Shown here in pieces: positions 1 to 10,900 of a stretch of DNA of 64,000 bases. Where the stretch lies: IMG/VR virus record IMGVR_UViG_3300044723_009336, positions 6,007 through 70,006 of that record. The stretch is one strand, 5' to 3'. Each line of letters starts with the position of its first letter. Position 1 is the first letter of the stretch. The stretch is from a virus. Both the position numbers and the translations under genes were made by a program. Below the pieces are notes generated by a model. That model was given only the letters and a program-made list of their open reading frames with translations, searched no databases and was not told the origin of the DNA.

Positions 1-2
1 CT

Positions 3-1103
3 AATCCAGATTATGCAACATTATTGCCTCAGATAGCAAGAGAGACAGATGCTGTAAAAAAGCAAGCGCTTATCGATGAATGTTATCAATTCAATGAGCC
101 TTTGACGCTCGAAGAGAAGAGTTTGTTTTCTTATTTTACTCCGGACGGAATCGAGGATAATGATTATGTAATTGATAATCCTGGATTGATACAGGGTAAC
201 TTGTTCGTAAGTTATGTTGGAGATTATTATAACAGATATGCACAGACCACTACCACCGAGGATGATAATACTTTTGGTGGACCGTTTTATATTTACGGTA
301 CAGGAAAAACTGGATTCGGATCTGGGCAACTAGGATTCTTTTATCCACTCTATACTGATCTAAACGAAATTTCTGGTGAGTATCATGTACATACTTTTGA
401 AGAATATGAGGGATACACTTTTTACATGCCCGATAGCGAAATGAATCATGCAGTCGCGACAGCACCGTCTGACTTATATGAATACGGAGACTTTGATGTA
501 ATACTCGAAGGAGCAGAAGCACCAACTCCAATTATAGTTGTAGAGTACACCCCTCCACCTCAAGAAGAAGCACCTGCCGAAGAAGAGGAAGAAGAAGAGG
601 TAGTGACTACAACACAGACTATCGCAGTATCAGCACCTTCCACAGATGATACCTATAACAACTTTGGCGGTATCACAGGATTGACTTTAGTAAGATCAAC
701 CACAACTTCATCTTCCGAACAATCCGGAACTTTTTATCAAGGAGGAACCTTTGGTAATTCTAATAGCTCAGGCGGAAGAGCAGGTGCTAGAGGTAGAGAT
801 GATCCTGGCACTATAACTATCACTTCTGCTGGAGGAACAAACACAGGAAGTTATGGCACTGGTGGTAGTATACCTGCCGATGATGTAAATGGTGTTGGAG
901 CAGGTCCATGGACAGTATCAACGTCAACTGAAGCTGATGTAGGATATTTCTATTATCAAAATACAACCACTATTTCTTATTCATTCACAAATAACACAGG
1001 ATATTCTGTAACAATAGAAGGTATAGTTATTCCAAACGGTATCGGTCCAGAAGCAATAACAATTTCAGGTGACGTAGATGTTACCTATACGTCGGAGAGT
1101 TAA
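3..1103 (+). CDS. Putative virion/baseplate-region protein, 5'-truncated by the window edge
   Basis: Frame is open from position 3 (AAT CCA GAT TAT...) through the track's TTG at 24. Contains a PPPQEEAPAEEEEEEE linker and a Gly/Thr/Ser-rich C-terminal half. Lies upstream of gp25. Confidence 0.6.
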   Translation, partial: NPDYATLLPQIARETDAVKKQALIDECYQFNEPLTLEEKSLFSYFTPDGIEDNDYVIDNPGLIQGNLFVSYVGDYYNRYAQTTTTEDDNTFGGPFYIYGTGKTGFGSGQLGFFYPLYTDLNEISGEYHVHTFEEYEGYTFYMPDSEMNHAVATAPSDLYEYGDFDVILEGAEAPTPIIVVEYTPPPQEEAPAEEEEEEEVVTTTQTIAVSAPSTDDTYNNFGGITGLTLVRSTTTSSSEQSGTFYQGGTFGNSNSSGGRAGARGRDDPGTITITSAGGTNTGSYGTGGSIPADDVNGVGAGPWTVSTSTEADVGYFYYQNTTTISYSFTNNTGYSVTIEGIVIPNGIGPEAITISGDVDVTYTSES

Positions 1104-1943
1104 ATGGTTACGTTGAGAAAAAACAAGGGTTCAGCTCTTACTTATGATGAGATGGATCAAAATCAAGTTGAAGCAGCGCATCGAGTTGCGGGATCAAGTA
1201 TAAGCGAAGACCTTAGTCTAAGTGGCAAACAAAGTTCGATACTGATTGGCGATGATATAACAATTGCTTCAGGAAAAACAGTCACACTTCGAGACTCTGC
1301 ATCGATTGATATAATCAATCCTGAAGACGCAAAAAGTTTATCACTAAGAAAACCAATCCAAGCGCCAGGCTCTATAGTTCAAGTACAATATTATCAAATA
1401 ACTGCAACAAATACCGTACGGTTTACAGTAGGTAATACAGGAGTTGCTACTGCTATGCAAGTCGATAATATTTCATCTGCAAGTAGAATTACATTACCAA
1501 ACATGGTTCCTGGGGAATTCCCAGGTGTAAACAACGGGGTATTTTCAGTCGTCATTACTCCTAAATATTCGAATAGTGTGATTAAAATAGAAGCAATGGT
1601 AAATGGAGAATGGACTGATGATACTTATACTCATAAAACCGGATGGGGTTTTGCTCGTCAAGTAGATGGAGGGATGACCTTTTTAAAAGCGGATCCTTTT
1701 GAGACTCGCTTGGCATGTGTTGCGCCAACATCAAGAAGCTACTTCGGTGATAATGATGCCAGTACTCCAGAATGTGCTAATTATTCTTATTTCGATATAC
1801 CGAATACGACTAAGTCTATCCGATATCATGTAACATGCTTAGGTACAAACAGCAACACTTTTCGAGTTAATAGAACAGCTGATGATGGCTCTGATCATCA
1901 GCGTTTCACATCTTTCATTAGCGCCACGGAAATCGCGCAATAA
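1104..1943 (+). CDS. Putative tail/baseplate-associated structural protein
   Basis: N-terminal TLRKNKGSALTYDEMDQN motif and PGSIVQVQY domain start, both recalled from marine phage tail-associated proteins. Abuts the upstream stop codon. Confidence 0.55.
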   Translation: MVTLRKNKGSALTYDEMDQNQVEAAHRVAGSSISEDLSLSGKQSSILIGDDITIASGKTVTLRDSASIDIINPEDAKSLSLRKPIQAPGSIVQVQYYQITATNTVRFTVGNTGVATAMQVDNISSASRITLPNMVPGEFPGVNNGVFSVVITPKYSNSVIKIEAMVNGEWTDDTYTHKTGWGFARQVDGGMTFLKADPFETRLACVAPTSRSYFGDNDASTPECANYSYFDIPNTTKSIRYHVTCLGTNSNTFRVNRTADDGSDHQRFTSFISATEIAQ

Positions 1944-1946
1944 TGT

Positions 1947-1954
1947 TATAAATA
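1947..1954 (+). promoter_or_regulatory. T4-type late promoter (TATAAATA)
   Basis: Exact gp55 consensus in the intergenic gap, 18 nt before the ATG at 1973. Confidence 0.8.
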
Positions 1955-1972
1955 GAACTAAGAGAGGTTTAA

Positions 1973-2584
1973 ATGAGTACGATAAACGCAGACAATTTAA
2001 CAGTCCAAAATTTAACTGTGTCAGGAACACTTGCTTATTCAAGTGTAACTGCACAAACATCTGGATATCCTGCAGGGTCTATTATAGAAAAATTAGTTGG
2101 TAGATGTAATGGTGAAACTGTCACTGTTTCTTCTGGCACTTATACAATGCCAAATGTAACATCAGAATATCAACTTTCATCTGCGTGGACAGATATAACA
2201 GGATCAGAATTATCTTACACTCCACCAGCAGGAACTAAAAGAGTTTTATACGAATTTCACTTTATTGAAAACGCAGATGATGGAGCTGATGCTATACTTT
2301 CATACAAATGGTTAATTGATGGAACAGAAGTAACTAGCCAATATAAAGCAGGTGGGCACTATAGAGTTGGTGATATGAAGCTTCCACTTATTATTAATTG
2401 TGCTGCAGATGCTGATAATGCTGCAACTGCAGATTTTACAAGTTGGACATCAGCAAAAACTATTAAGTTACAAGGATATGAAAGATCAGGAAGTCCGGGT
2501 GCTCTTCATTCATCGCGTTATTGGGAAGGTGGGGAAATTGCACAAGTATATCCACCTAATTTATTTATTACGGCACTAGCATAA
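1973..2584 (+). CDS. Putative fibre/structural protein (PAGSIIEKL...CNG...YTPPAGTKRV family)
   Basis: 203-aa ORF with late promoter and GAGAGG RBS. Beta-rich, Thr/Ser-rich composition. Confidence 0.55.
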   Translation: MSTINADNLTVQNLTVSGTLAYSSVTAQTSGYPAGSIIEKLVGRCNGETVTVSSGTYTMPNVTSEYQLSSAWTDITGSELSYTPPAGTKRVLYEFHFIENADDGADAILSYKWLIDGTEVTSQYKAGGHYRVGDMKLPLIINCAADADNAATADFTSWTSAKTIKLQGYERSGSPGALHSSRYWEGGEIAQVYPPNLFITALA

Positions 2585-3027
2585 TGGCAGTAAAAGCATT
2601 TTCAATTGAAGACGGTAACTTAGCTACCAAACCGATTACGACTTCGCAGACTCGTACGTACAAGGATATTGACTTAACGTTTGCAAAGAAGGCGACTGGC
2701 GAGGTCTTTAAGAAAACAGACGCAGCTGCCGTCAAGCAATCAATAAAGAATATTTTATTAACTAACAGAACAGAGAAACCTTTCAATCCAACTTTTGGTG
2801 GCGACTTAAATCGATTTCTCTTTTCACTTGATACAGAATTTGATGAATATGAAATAGAAGATGCAGTTATCTCCTCTCTTGCTAAATTTGAACCCAGAGC
2901 AAGAGTAACGAAAATTGATTCGATTATATCACCAGATTATAATTCAGTGAGTATTACAATTCAATTTCGAGTATTAAGCACATCTACGAATGAACAGATT
3001 ACTCTTTCACTTACAAGGTTAAGATAA
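2584..3027 (+). CDS. gp25: Baseplate wedge subunit gp25
   Basis: YKDIDLTF, AVKQSIKNILLTNRTEKPFNPTFGGDL and FEPRARV motifs typical of gp25. Precedes gp6. Confidence 0.92.
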   Translation: MAVKAFSIEDGNLATKPITTSQTRTYKDIDLTFAKKATGEVFKKTDAAAVKQSIKNILLTNRTEKPFNPTFGGDLNRFLFSLDTEFDEYEIEDAVISSLAKFEPRARVTKIDSIISPDYNSVSITIQFRVLSTSTNEQITLSLTRLR

Positions 3028-4871
3028 TGGCTACAATCAATTCTTCAGATCTTGATTTTAATACGATCAAGAATAACTTAAAAACATATTTTCAGCAACA
3101 GTCAGAATTCGCTGATTATAATTTCGAAGCAAGTGGATTATCAAACATACTCGACGTTCTTGCATATAATACACACCTGAACGGATTGATCGCAAATGTT
3201 GGCATCAACGAATCATTTCTGAGTTCAGCTCAGCTGAGATCATCTGTCGTATCCCATGCTGAAAATCTTGGTTATTATCCAAGATCAAAGACTGGCGCAT
3301 CGATTGATGTCACAGTCACCGTTAAGACTTCGGATACGGCAACTTCTACAATCACACTTCCAGCTTATTCAGGATTCACTTCAGACGTCGACGGAACAAC
3401 TTATAACTTTCTTACGACTGCTCCTCATACTGGAACGAATGACGGTTCGGGCAATTTTTCAATTCGTACTTCTGCAGCATCTACTTTGATACCAATTACA
3501 CAAGGGACATTTCGAACAAAGACATTTCTTGTAGGAGAGACAGAAGATCAACAAGTCTATGTGATACCAGATGAAAACTTAGACACCTCAACAATTACTG
3601 TAAAAGTATTTGATACGGTAACATCTACTACAAGTCAGACCTATACAAACGTCAACGAGGTTCTGAGCATCACTCCGATCTCGACTGTCTATATCTTACG
3701 TGAAGCACCGAATGGATATTACGAATTGACATTCAGTGATGGCACAATACTTGGAAGAGCACCTGCAGCAGGAAATAAAATCGTAGTTCAATATTTAGCA
3801 GTTGACGGGGCAGATGGCAATCTCGCATCTACTTTCGAAGGTAACTTTACAATTACAGGATTAACAATTAATGAGATAGAAGTATCTCCATCAGTATCAG
3901 GATCGGTTTCAGCTGGTGGCGCCGAGAAAGAAAGCATCGATTCAATCAAAGTAAATGCACCAATTAAGTTCGCATCACAACAAAGACTTGTAACAGCTGA
4001 AGATTATAAGGCATTAATATTAGCAAACTATGGTAATGTAATTGACAATGTGACAGCATGGGGTGGAAACGATAACGTCCCACCTGTTTATGGAAGAGTA
4101 TATGTCAGTCTTGATTTTAAAGATAATATTAGTAATGCAGTGAAAACGACAACAAAGGCGAGTATACAATCGAATCTTTCAGAGAGTCTTGCTATTTTAT
4201 CAATTGATACATTCTTTACAGATCCAGTAAATACGTTTTTAGAATTAGGAGTAACATTCAACTTTGATCCAGATCAAACTGGAGTAAGTAGCGCGAATAT
4301 TGAAAATACAGTTCGTAATACAATTACAACGTTCTTTACGAATAATCTTGGCACATTCGATTCTGTTTTTAGAAGATCAAATTTACTTTCAGAAATAGAC
4401 GACGTTTCTTCAGCAATACTTAACTCCAAGATGGATGTAAAGATTAGACAATCATTTACACCTGTCGTAAATACTATTCGAGATTATACAGTTAACTTTC
4501 CGGTCCAAATAGTATCTCCTGACGATGAAACACCAATCATTACTTCTACAACATTCACTTTCCAAGGTAACTCAGGTTCATCTCTCAGGAACAAAGTAGA
4601 ACATAACACAACAACAATGCAGATCATCTCTTCAGGAGGAACTGTACTAAAAGATAATGCTGGTAGTTTCAATACTTCAAATGGTACCATCACGCTTACA
4701 GGATTCAACGTAAGTGAATTCACTGGAACTGAAATTAAAATTACAGCAACTCCTGCGAATCAGAGTACGATCAAACCACTAAGAAATTATATTATCAGTC
4801 TTGATACAACAAAACTTGTGATCACTTCAAATGCAGATTTCCAAAACACTGAGGCTTCATTGTCACTATGA
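3027..4871 (+). CDS. gp6: Baseplate wedge subunit gp6
   Basis: DLDFNTIKNNLKTY, YNFEASGLSNILDVLAYNTH, ESFLSSAQLRSSVVSHA and QQRLVTAEDY motifs. Confidence 0.95.
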   Translation: MATINSSDLDFNTIKNNLKTYFQQQSEFADYNFEASGLSNILDVLAYNTHLNGLIANVGINESFLSSAQLRSSVVSHAENLGYYPRSKTGASIDVTVTVKTSDTATSTITLPAYSGFTSDVDGTTYNFLTTAPHTGTNDGSGNFSIRTSAASTLIPITQGTFRTKTFLVGETEDQQVYVIPDENLDTSTITVKVFDTVTSTTSQTYTNVNEVLSITPISTVYILREAPNGYYELTFSDGTILGRAPAAGNKIVVQYLAVDGADGNLASTFEGNFTITGLTINEIEVSPSVSGSVSAGGAEKESIDSIKVNAPIKFASQQRLVTAEDYKALILANYGNVIDNVTAWGGNDNVPPVYGRVYVSLDFKDNISNAVKTTTKASIQSNLSESLAILSIDTFFTDPVNTFLELGVTFNFDPDQTGVSSANIENTVRNTITTFFTNNLGTFDSVFRRSNLLSEIDDVSSAILNSKMDVKIRQSFTPVVNTIRDYTVNFPVQIVSPDDETPIITSTTFTFQGNSGSSLRNKVEHNTTTMQIISSGGTVLKDNAGSFNTSNGTITLTGFNVSEFTGTEIKITATPANQSTIKPLRNYIISLDTTKLVITSNADFQNTEASLSL

Positions 4872-5848
4872 GTCATATAATACAAGATAAGAATAGAAGA
4901 CTAATTAACTTTGATACTGCCAAAGTATCAGAAGTATTACCAGAATATTTTCAAAGTGATTATAGTACACTTACGACCTTTTTAGAAAAGTACTATGACT
5001 TTTTAGATTCTTCGGGTCAACATTCTTTTCATACAGAAATCAATAATATTTTAACTTCACGAGATATATCTCAAACAGATCAAACATATCTTGATGAACT
5101 AATAAAAGAAATTGGTAACGGATTAACCTCTTCATCTTTTTTCAAAAATACAAGATTGATGGCAAGACTACTTCCTCTCTTCTATAGTTCAAAGGGGACA
5201 AGATTATCTGCCGAAGGATTTTTTCGTGGATTCTTTGGAGAAGAAGCAGAGATATCTTATCCAAAAGATAACTTACTCTATGTTGGGGGAATTGATAGTA
5301 CTGGTGCACAAGGACTTATTGGATTTGAAGATCAATTTAGAATACAAGATAATGAACTCTATCAAATCTTTTCAGTTCTTATTCGATCAGGTCTTTCAAG
5401 AAATGATTATGAAACATTGTATAAAAAGTTTGTGCATCCAGGAGGATTCTTTTTTGGTACACAAGTTTTAACCCAAGGTAATGGTATTATTACACTATCT
5501 GGATCAGGTGAGAATCCTCTAGATTCCGCAAGAGGTATAGTTACATTAGTAGATCAGGCTCAGACACTAATGGTTGCTGGATTCAATGATCTGACAGCAT
5601 TAGTCGATTCGGGAGATAACTTACACCGCATTACATTGAATGATGCCATAGACAAATATGACGAATTTACAGTTGATGAATTAACTAGCATTTATAGAAA
5701 TTTAGACACTCTTACTACACCGAATTCGTTTACGTTTGATGATAGCGCGGATCATGCTCCTGATAGTGCTCATATGGGTATGTCAATGATAACAGAAACA
5801 ATGGATAATGATATGTTTACTTCATATTTGAGCGATTCTTCTATATAA
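4868..5848 (+). CDS. gp7: Baseplate wedge initiator, gp7-like (short form)
   Basis: LPEYFQSDY...FLEKYYDFL, YSSKGT...FFRGFF and KKFVHPGG motifs. Sits between gp6 and gp8. Confidence 0.6.
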   Translation: MSHIIQDKNRRLINFDTAKVSEVLPEYFQSDYSTLTTFLEKYYDFLDSSGQHSFHTEINNILTSRDISQTDQTYLDELIKEIGNGLTSSSFFKNTRLMARLLPLFYSSKGTRLSAEGFFRGFFGEEAEISYPKDNLLYVGGIDSTGAQGLIGFEDQFRIQDNELYQIFSVLIRSGLSRNDYETLYKKFVHPGGFFFGTQVLTQGNGIITLSGSGENPLDSARGIVTLVDQAQTLMVAGFNDLTALVDSGDNLHRITLNDAIDKYDEFTVDELTSIYRNLDTLTTPNSFTFDDSADHAPDSAHMGMSMITETMDNDMFTSYLSDSSI

Positions 5849-5852
5849 AGAT

Positions 5853-5860
5853 TATAAATA
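5853..5860 (+). promoter_or_regulatory. T4-type late promoter (TATAAATA)
   Basis: Exact consensus in the gap before 5890. Confidence 0.75.
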
Positions 5861-5889
5861 ACATTATAAGAAAATAAAGGTTTTATTTT

Positions 5890-6498
5890 ATGACGAGACA
5901 AAATATATCAACTGGAACATCGGCAAATGATGGCACTGGCGATACTCTTCGTAGTGCTGGTACAAAGATCAATGCTAACTTTACAGAATTATATACGTTC
6001 CTTGGCGGCGACGCAGATACTCTTTCATCGCAACTATCGATAGGATCTGATGGTATTATTTTTGAAGGATCAACAGCTGATGCGTTTGAAACAACATTGA
6101 AGGTAACAAACCCAACTCAAGATAATATTATCACTTTCCCTGATTCGACAGGTGACGTAATATTAACAAATACGATTCAAACACTAACAAATAAATCAGT
6201 ATCATTTCGAACTTCGACTATTACAGCAAACGGAACAGCAGATGCTACAGCAACCTATATTATATGTAATAAAGGATCGGGTTTAGCTGTAACATTAGGT
6301 AGTGGTAGTCATCCTGGTCAATTGAAAATTTTTACAAACAAAGGTGCGGGAACAGCTACCATAACACCAGATGATGGTGGAAGTATTTTTGCAGGTGGTA
6401 TAAGTTTTGCGATCGCGACAAATGAAGGTGCGACTTGTATTTGGGATGGAACAAACTGGTTCCTAGTTGGTAATCAAAGCGTAACAACGATAGCTTAA
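5890..6498 (+). CDS. Baseplate protein with gp9/gp10-type N-terminus
   Basis: RQNISTGTSANDGTGDTLRSAGTKINANFTELY is the T4 gp9/gp10 N-terminal motif. Confidence 0.75.
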   Translation: MTRQNISTGTSANDGTGDTLRSAGTKINANFTELYTFLGGDADTLSSQLSIGSDGIIFEGSTADAFETTLKVTNPTQDNIITFPDSTGDVILTNTIQTLTNKSVSFRTSTITANGTADATATYIICNKGSGLAVTLGSGSHPGQLKIFTNKGAGTATITPDDGGSIFAGGISFAIATNEGATCIWDGTNWFLVGNQSVTTIA

Positions 6499-6509
6499 TG
6501 GATAATTAA

Positions 6510-7904
6510 ATGGTAGCAATAGTAACAGATACAATCAAAAAGAATATGGCAACATTACTGTTGGATCAGGTAAATAATCCTATTGCCGATTCTCATGAAT
6601 TTTATATCGGTATCGGCAAAACAGATACATATAACTCAACCGATACAACAGTCAATCCATTAAGAACTTTTCGCGAAGAAAGAAATTTTAGAAATAATCT
6701 TCAGGCAGTAAAAAAGGTAGAAGGCGCGTCTCTCGTTATACCAAGATATAACTGGACTGCTGGTACAATCTTTTCAGCATTTTCTGATTCGGTTCAAGGT
6801 ATACCAACGAATTCTTATTATGTTCTAACATCAAATAATGAAGTCTACATTTGCTTGAAACAGCCAACTAATGCTGCAGGAGAGGCACAGACATCAACTG
6901 TACAACCAAATTATTCTACGCAAGGTACCACGATTGATGTACCATTTGAAACGACTGATGGTTATATCTGGAAATACATGTATGAGTTAAGTGCATCACG
7001 TGCAGCGACATTTCTCTCAACTAACTGGATACCGATTGAGTATGTTGATTCAAGTGATCAAGCAACGAATGCTGCAAGTCAGAATCAGTTTAATGTTGAA
7101 GATGCTGCTGTTTCAGGTCAAATACTTGGTGTTATCGTAACATCCGGAGGTTCAGGATATACAAGCACTCCTACTATTTCATTTAGAGGAAACGGAACAG
7201 GTGGTAGTGCGACAGCGACAGTTGTAGGTAATTCTATTACAAAGATTGAAATGGATGACGAAACTTCATTTGGTAGTGGATACGATTATGCAGAAGTAGT
7301 CATTACTGGCGGAAGTGGTTCAGGTGCAGCTGCTCGAGCAATCCTTGGCCCAGTCGAAGGTATAGGAGATAATCCAACTGTCGATCTCAAAGCAAATAAT
7401 ATCATGCTCAATATTAAACCAGACGGAAGAGTGGCACCTGCTAATGATTCTTCAAGAATGAATGCATTCGTAGTTGATGCGGAGTTTAGACAAATCGGTT
7501 TAATGAAAAATATTAGGCACTCGGATAGCGCAAATCCAGGAGCAATCTTCAAAGGTACATCTGGTCGGGCATTACGTTATTTGAAAGTTAGTGATATCAC
7601 TAACTTTAGTAACAGCATTGGAAGATTAATGAGTACTGATAGCTCTCCAGCAACAAATGCGTTTATTGACGATATAGATAGTTCAGCGATCTACTTCCAT
7701 CAAAATGATTCGAGTGGATTCGGTACTTTTCATGTCGGAGCAAATATATCAGGCGCGTCAGGTGGTTCAAGTCAGATATCACAAGGTGTAAGAAATAGTG
7801 CAGTCAATCCTTTCACGGGAGAAATTCTTTACGTTGAAAACAGAGCAGCAGTTCTGAGAGATGCAGATCAACAAGAAGATATTAAAGTTATTATAACGGT
7901 GTAA
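6510..7904 (+). CDS. gp8: Baseplate wedge subunit gp8
   Basis: IPRYNWTAGT, YYVLTSNNEVYICL, DGYIWKYMY, FRQIGLMKN and GEILYVENR...EDIKVII motifs. Confidence 0.9.
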   Translation: MVAIVTDTIKKNMATLLLDQVNNPIADSHEFYIGIGKTDTYNSTDTTVNPLRTFREERNFRNNLQAVKKVEGASLVIPRYNWTAGTIFSAFSDSVQGIPTNSYYVLTSNNEVYICLKQPTNAAGEAQTSTVQPNYSTQGTTIDVPFETTDGYIWKYMYELSASRAATFLSTNWIPIEYVDSSDQATNAASQNQFNVEDAAVSGQILGVIVTSGGSGYTSTPTISFRGNGTGGSATATVVGNSITKIEMDDETSFGSGYDYAEVVITGGSGSGAAARAILGPVEGIGDNPTVDLKANNIMLNIKPDGRVAPANDSSRMNAFVVDAEFRQIGLMKNIRHSDSANPGAIFKGTSGRALRYLKVSDITNFSNSIGRLMSTDSSPATNAFIDDIDSSAIYFHQNDSSGFGTFHVGANISGASGGSSQISQGVRNSAVNPFTGEILYVENRAAVLRDADQQEDIKVIITV

Positions 7905-7908
7905 AAAT

Positions 7909-10900
7909 ATGGCAACAAATATTACCAATACCACTTTTAGTACTACATATAAGGATGATTTTGTTGATAGTGATAACTATCATAGAATACTCTTCAACAG
8001 TGGTAAGTTATTACAAGCGAGAGAATTAACTCAGGCACAGACAATCTTACAAAAACAAATTGAGAGATTTGGTAATAACATCTTCACTGAAGGTGCTATG
8101 GTAAAAGCTGGTGGTGTGAACGTTAACAACGCATATGAATTTGTTAAACTAAATGAAACAACAAACTCTCTTCCTGCTGATACAAGTACAATCGTTGGTA
8201 CAGAATTTACGAGTCAAGGCGCAGATGGAATTAAGTTCGAAGTACTTCAAGTTGTAGAAGCTGCAGGAGCAGATCCTGCAACACTTTATGTGAGATATAC
8301 TTACACAAAAGACGCAACAGCTGGTTTATCAACTCTTCGTATTCCAGACGGAGTAAACCTTAGTAACGGTTCAGTTACTCTTACGACTGCATCATCAAAT
8401 GCTGCTGGTGTCGGTATAGTCGTTAATGTTCAGAATGGTATCTTTTATGCAAAGGGCCACTTTGTCTTTACAGATAATCAATCACTTATCGTTTCAAAAT
8501 ATACAGATACTTTCACAGGAACAGTCGGATTTAAGGTTGTTGAAGACGTAGTCACTATTGCTGATGATACAGATTTATATGACAATCAAGGTGCAGTTCC
8601 GAATGAGGCGGCACCAGGAGCAGACAGATATAGAATCCAATTGACATTGATTGACGAAGCAGATATTAGCGCGAATGAAAGTTTCATCTTCCTAATCCAA
8701 ATGCAAAATGGCGGTGTTGTTCGAACTGTAAATGAATTCAATCCGTACAACGTTCCTTCACAAGTCGTTGCTCAAAGAATAAAAGAAAACTCAGGTGACT
8801 ATACAGTCAAAAAATTTAAAGCAAAATTTGAAGAGGACTCTGCAAATACGCATTTACTTTTGAAAGTAAGCGATGGCGTAGCAGTGATTGACGGATACAG
8901 AGTATCACGTGGTCCTTCCTCAATAAGAGTTCCAAAGTCGCTGAATCAGTATTCAGAGACAGGTGAAGTGGTAGCAGCAGCATTCGGTAACTTCGTCAAG
9001 GTTTCTTCAGACCAAGGAAATACAAATGGTCTACCAAGTCTGAGCACCTTTGAACAATTGAATATACAAGATAGCGCAGACTTTCATGGTGGATCAAATG
9101 CGAAACTTGGTACTGCGAGGGTTCGTGCAATATCAGAAGACGGATCGGATTACAGGTATCATCTCTTTGATATTCAAATGAATGCTAATAAATCATTTCG
9201 TAATGCAAAGAGTATCGGATCAGACTCAGATAACTGGTTCAATATCATTCAAGAAAATAATCAAGCAGTTCTTTATGAAACTGAAAAGAACAATCTACTC
9301 TTTGAATTACCAGGAACAAGACCTGCAAATATTGATACGATATCAATAGAGACACAGAGATTTGCAAATAATATTTCAGTCTCTGGTGCAGATGGTTCGA
9401 TGCCAACTCTGAGTGGTACTGAAACATATGCGAATACTGGAGACTGGGTATTTGCTAAGAACGACAGTGACGTATTTACAGGATCAGTTTCATTTACCTC
9501 GGGTGGCGCGGGACAGCAGACTGCAGACTTTACTCTCGACTCTGCAGCAAATGGAACATATGAAGTTGCATACTATGTGAATAATACTGCCGGAACAATT
9601 CGTACGAAGACAAAGACCTCGACAAACTCTGGTCAAATTGATACATCAGTTGCTTCTAATATCGATTCTGACGGGAACGGATTACTCTCACTTGGTCTTG
9701 GAAAAGCAGATATATTCTCACTCACAGTAATCAAAGATTCGGCAACTGGTACCGAAGATTATTCTGGAAGATTTATATTAGATAACGGACAGCGAGATAA
9801 CTTCTATACAGAAGGTAGACTTATTCTGAAAGGTGGACAGACAATGCCAGATTCTGGTGTTTATGCTACCTTTGATCACTTTACACATACCGGTGGCGAT
9901 TTCTTTGCCGTCAATTCTTATGACTCAGACGACATTGGTGGATATAAGAACATACCGACTCATACTCTAGCAAATGGTTCAGTAGTCTCACTAGCAAATG
10001 TTCTCGACTTTAGACCGGTAAAGAACTCATCCGACGGAACATTCGTTGGAGGTGACGCTCAAGTCAATGAGTTACCTCAACCAAATGATACCGTTCAATT
10101 CAACTCAGACTATTATCTACAAAAATCCGCTAAACTCATTCTCACAAGTGAAGGTTTATTACAATTTATCGAAGGTAGCGATGGCGCACCTGCTATCGAA
10201 TTCCCACCGACACCTGAAAAGACCATGGGATTATATAGTGTAATACTCGGTGCAAATACTCTTCACGATTCAGATCTCTTGATGCAACCAATCGAGCATA
10301 AAAGATTTACGATGAAAGACATATCTCTTCTTGAAAAGAGAATAGACCGATTAGAAGAAGCTACGACATTAACATTACTCGAACTTGACACTAAGAATAT
10401 ACAAATACTTGACTCAGCAGGACTGAACAGAACGAGATCTGGGTTCGTAACAGATAACTTCGAGGATCAGATTCTTTCTGATACGAGAAACGAAGACTAT
10501 GCTGCATCACTTGATCCCTTTGCTTCTTTCTTACATCCCGCGTTCAATGAGGATAACATTAGATTAGTAATTGATTCAGATGCTTGTACAAATATAGTTA
10601 GAAAGGGTGATAACCTTTATCTCGATTATGATTCAGCAGACTTTATCGACGCTTCAAAAGCAAGTACAGCAATCGTAGTGAATCCATTTGATTTTGCACA
10701 ATGGAGAGCGACAGTCAAACTCTCACCAAGTTCAGATGAATGGAGAGATACAGAGACTCGAACAGGTAAGGTGGTTGATGGTGGATTACAATTAGATACG
10801 AAACAAGCATATCTTTGGAATAATCATTCTTGGAACTGGTCAGGTAAAGAAATAGAAGATCTTACAACTGGATCTCGAACCTCAAACACTAAGAACAATA

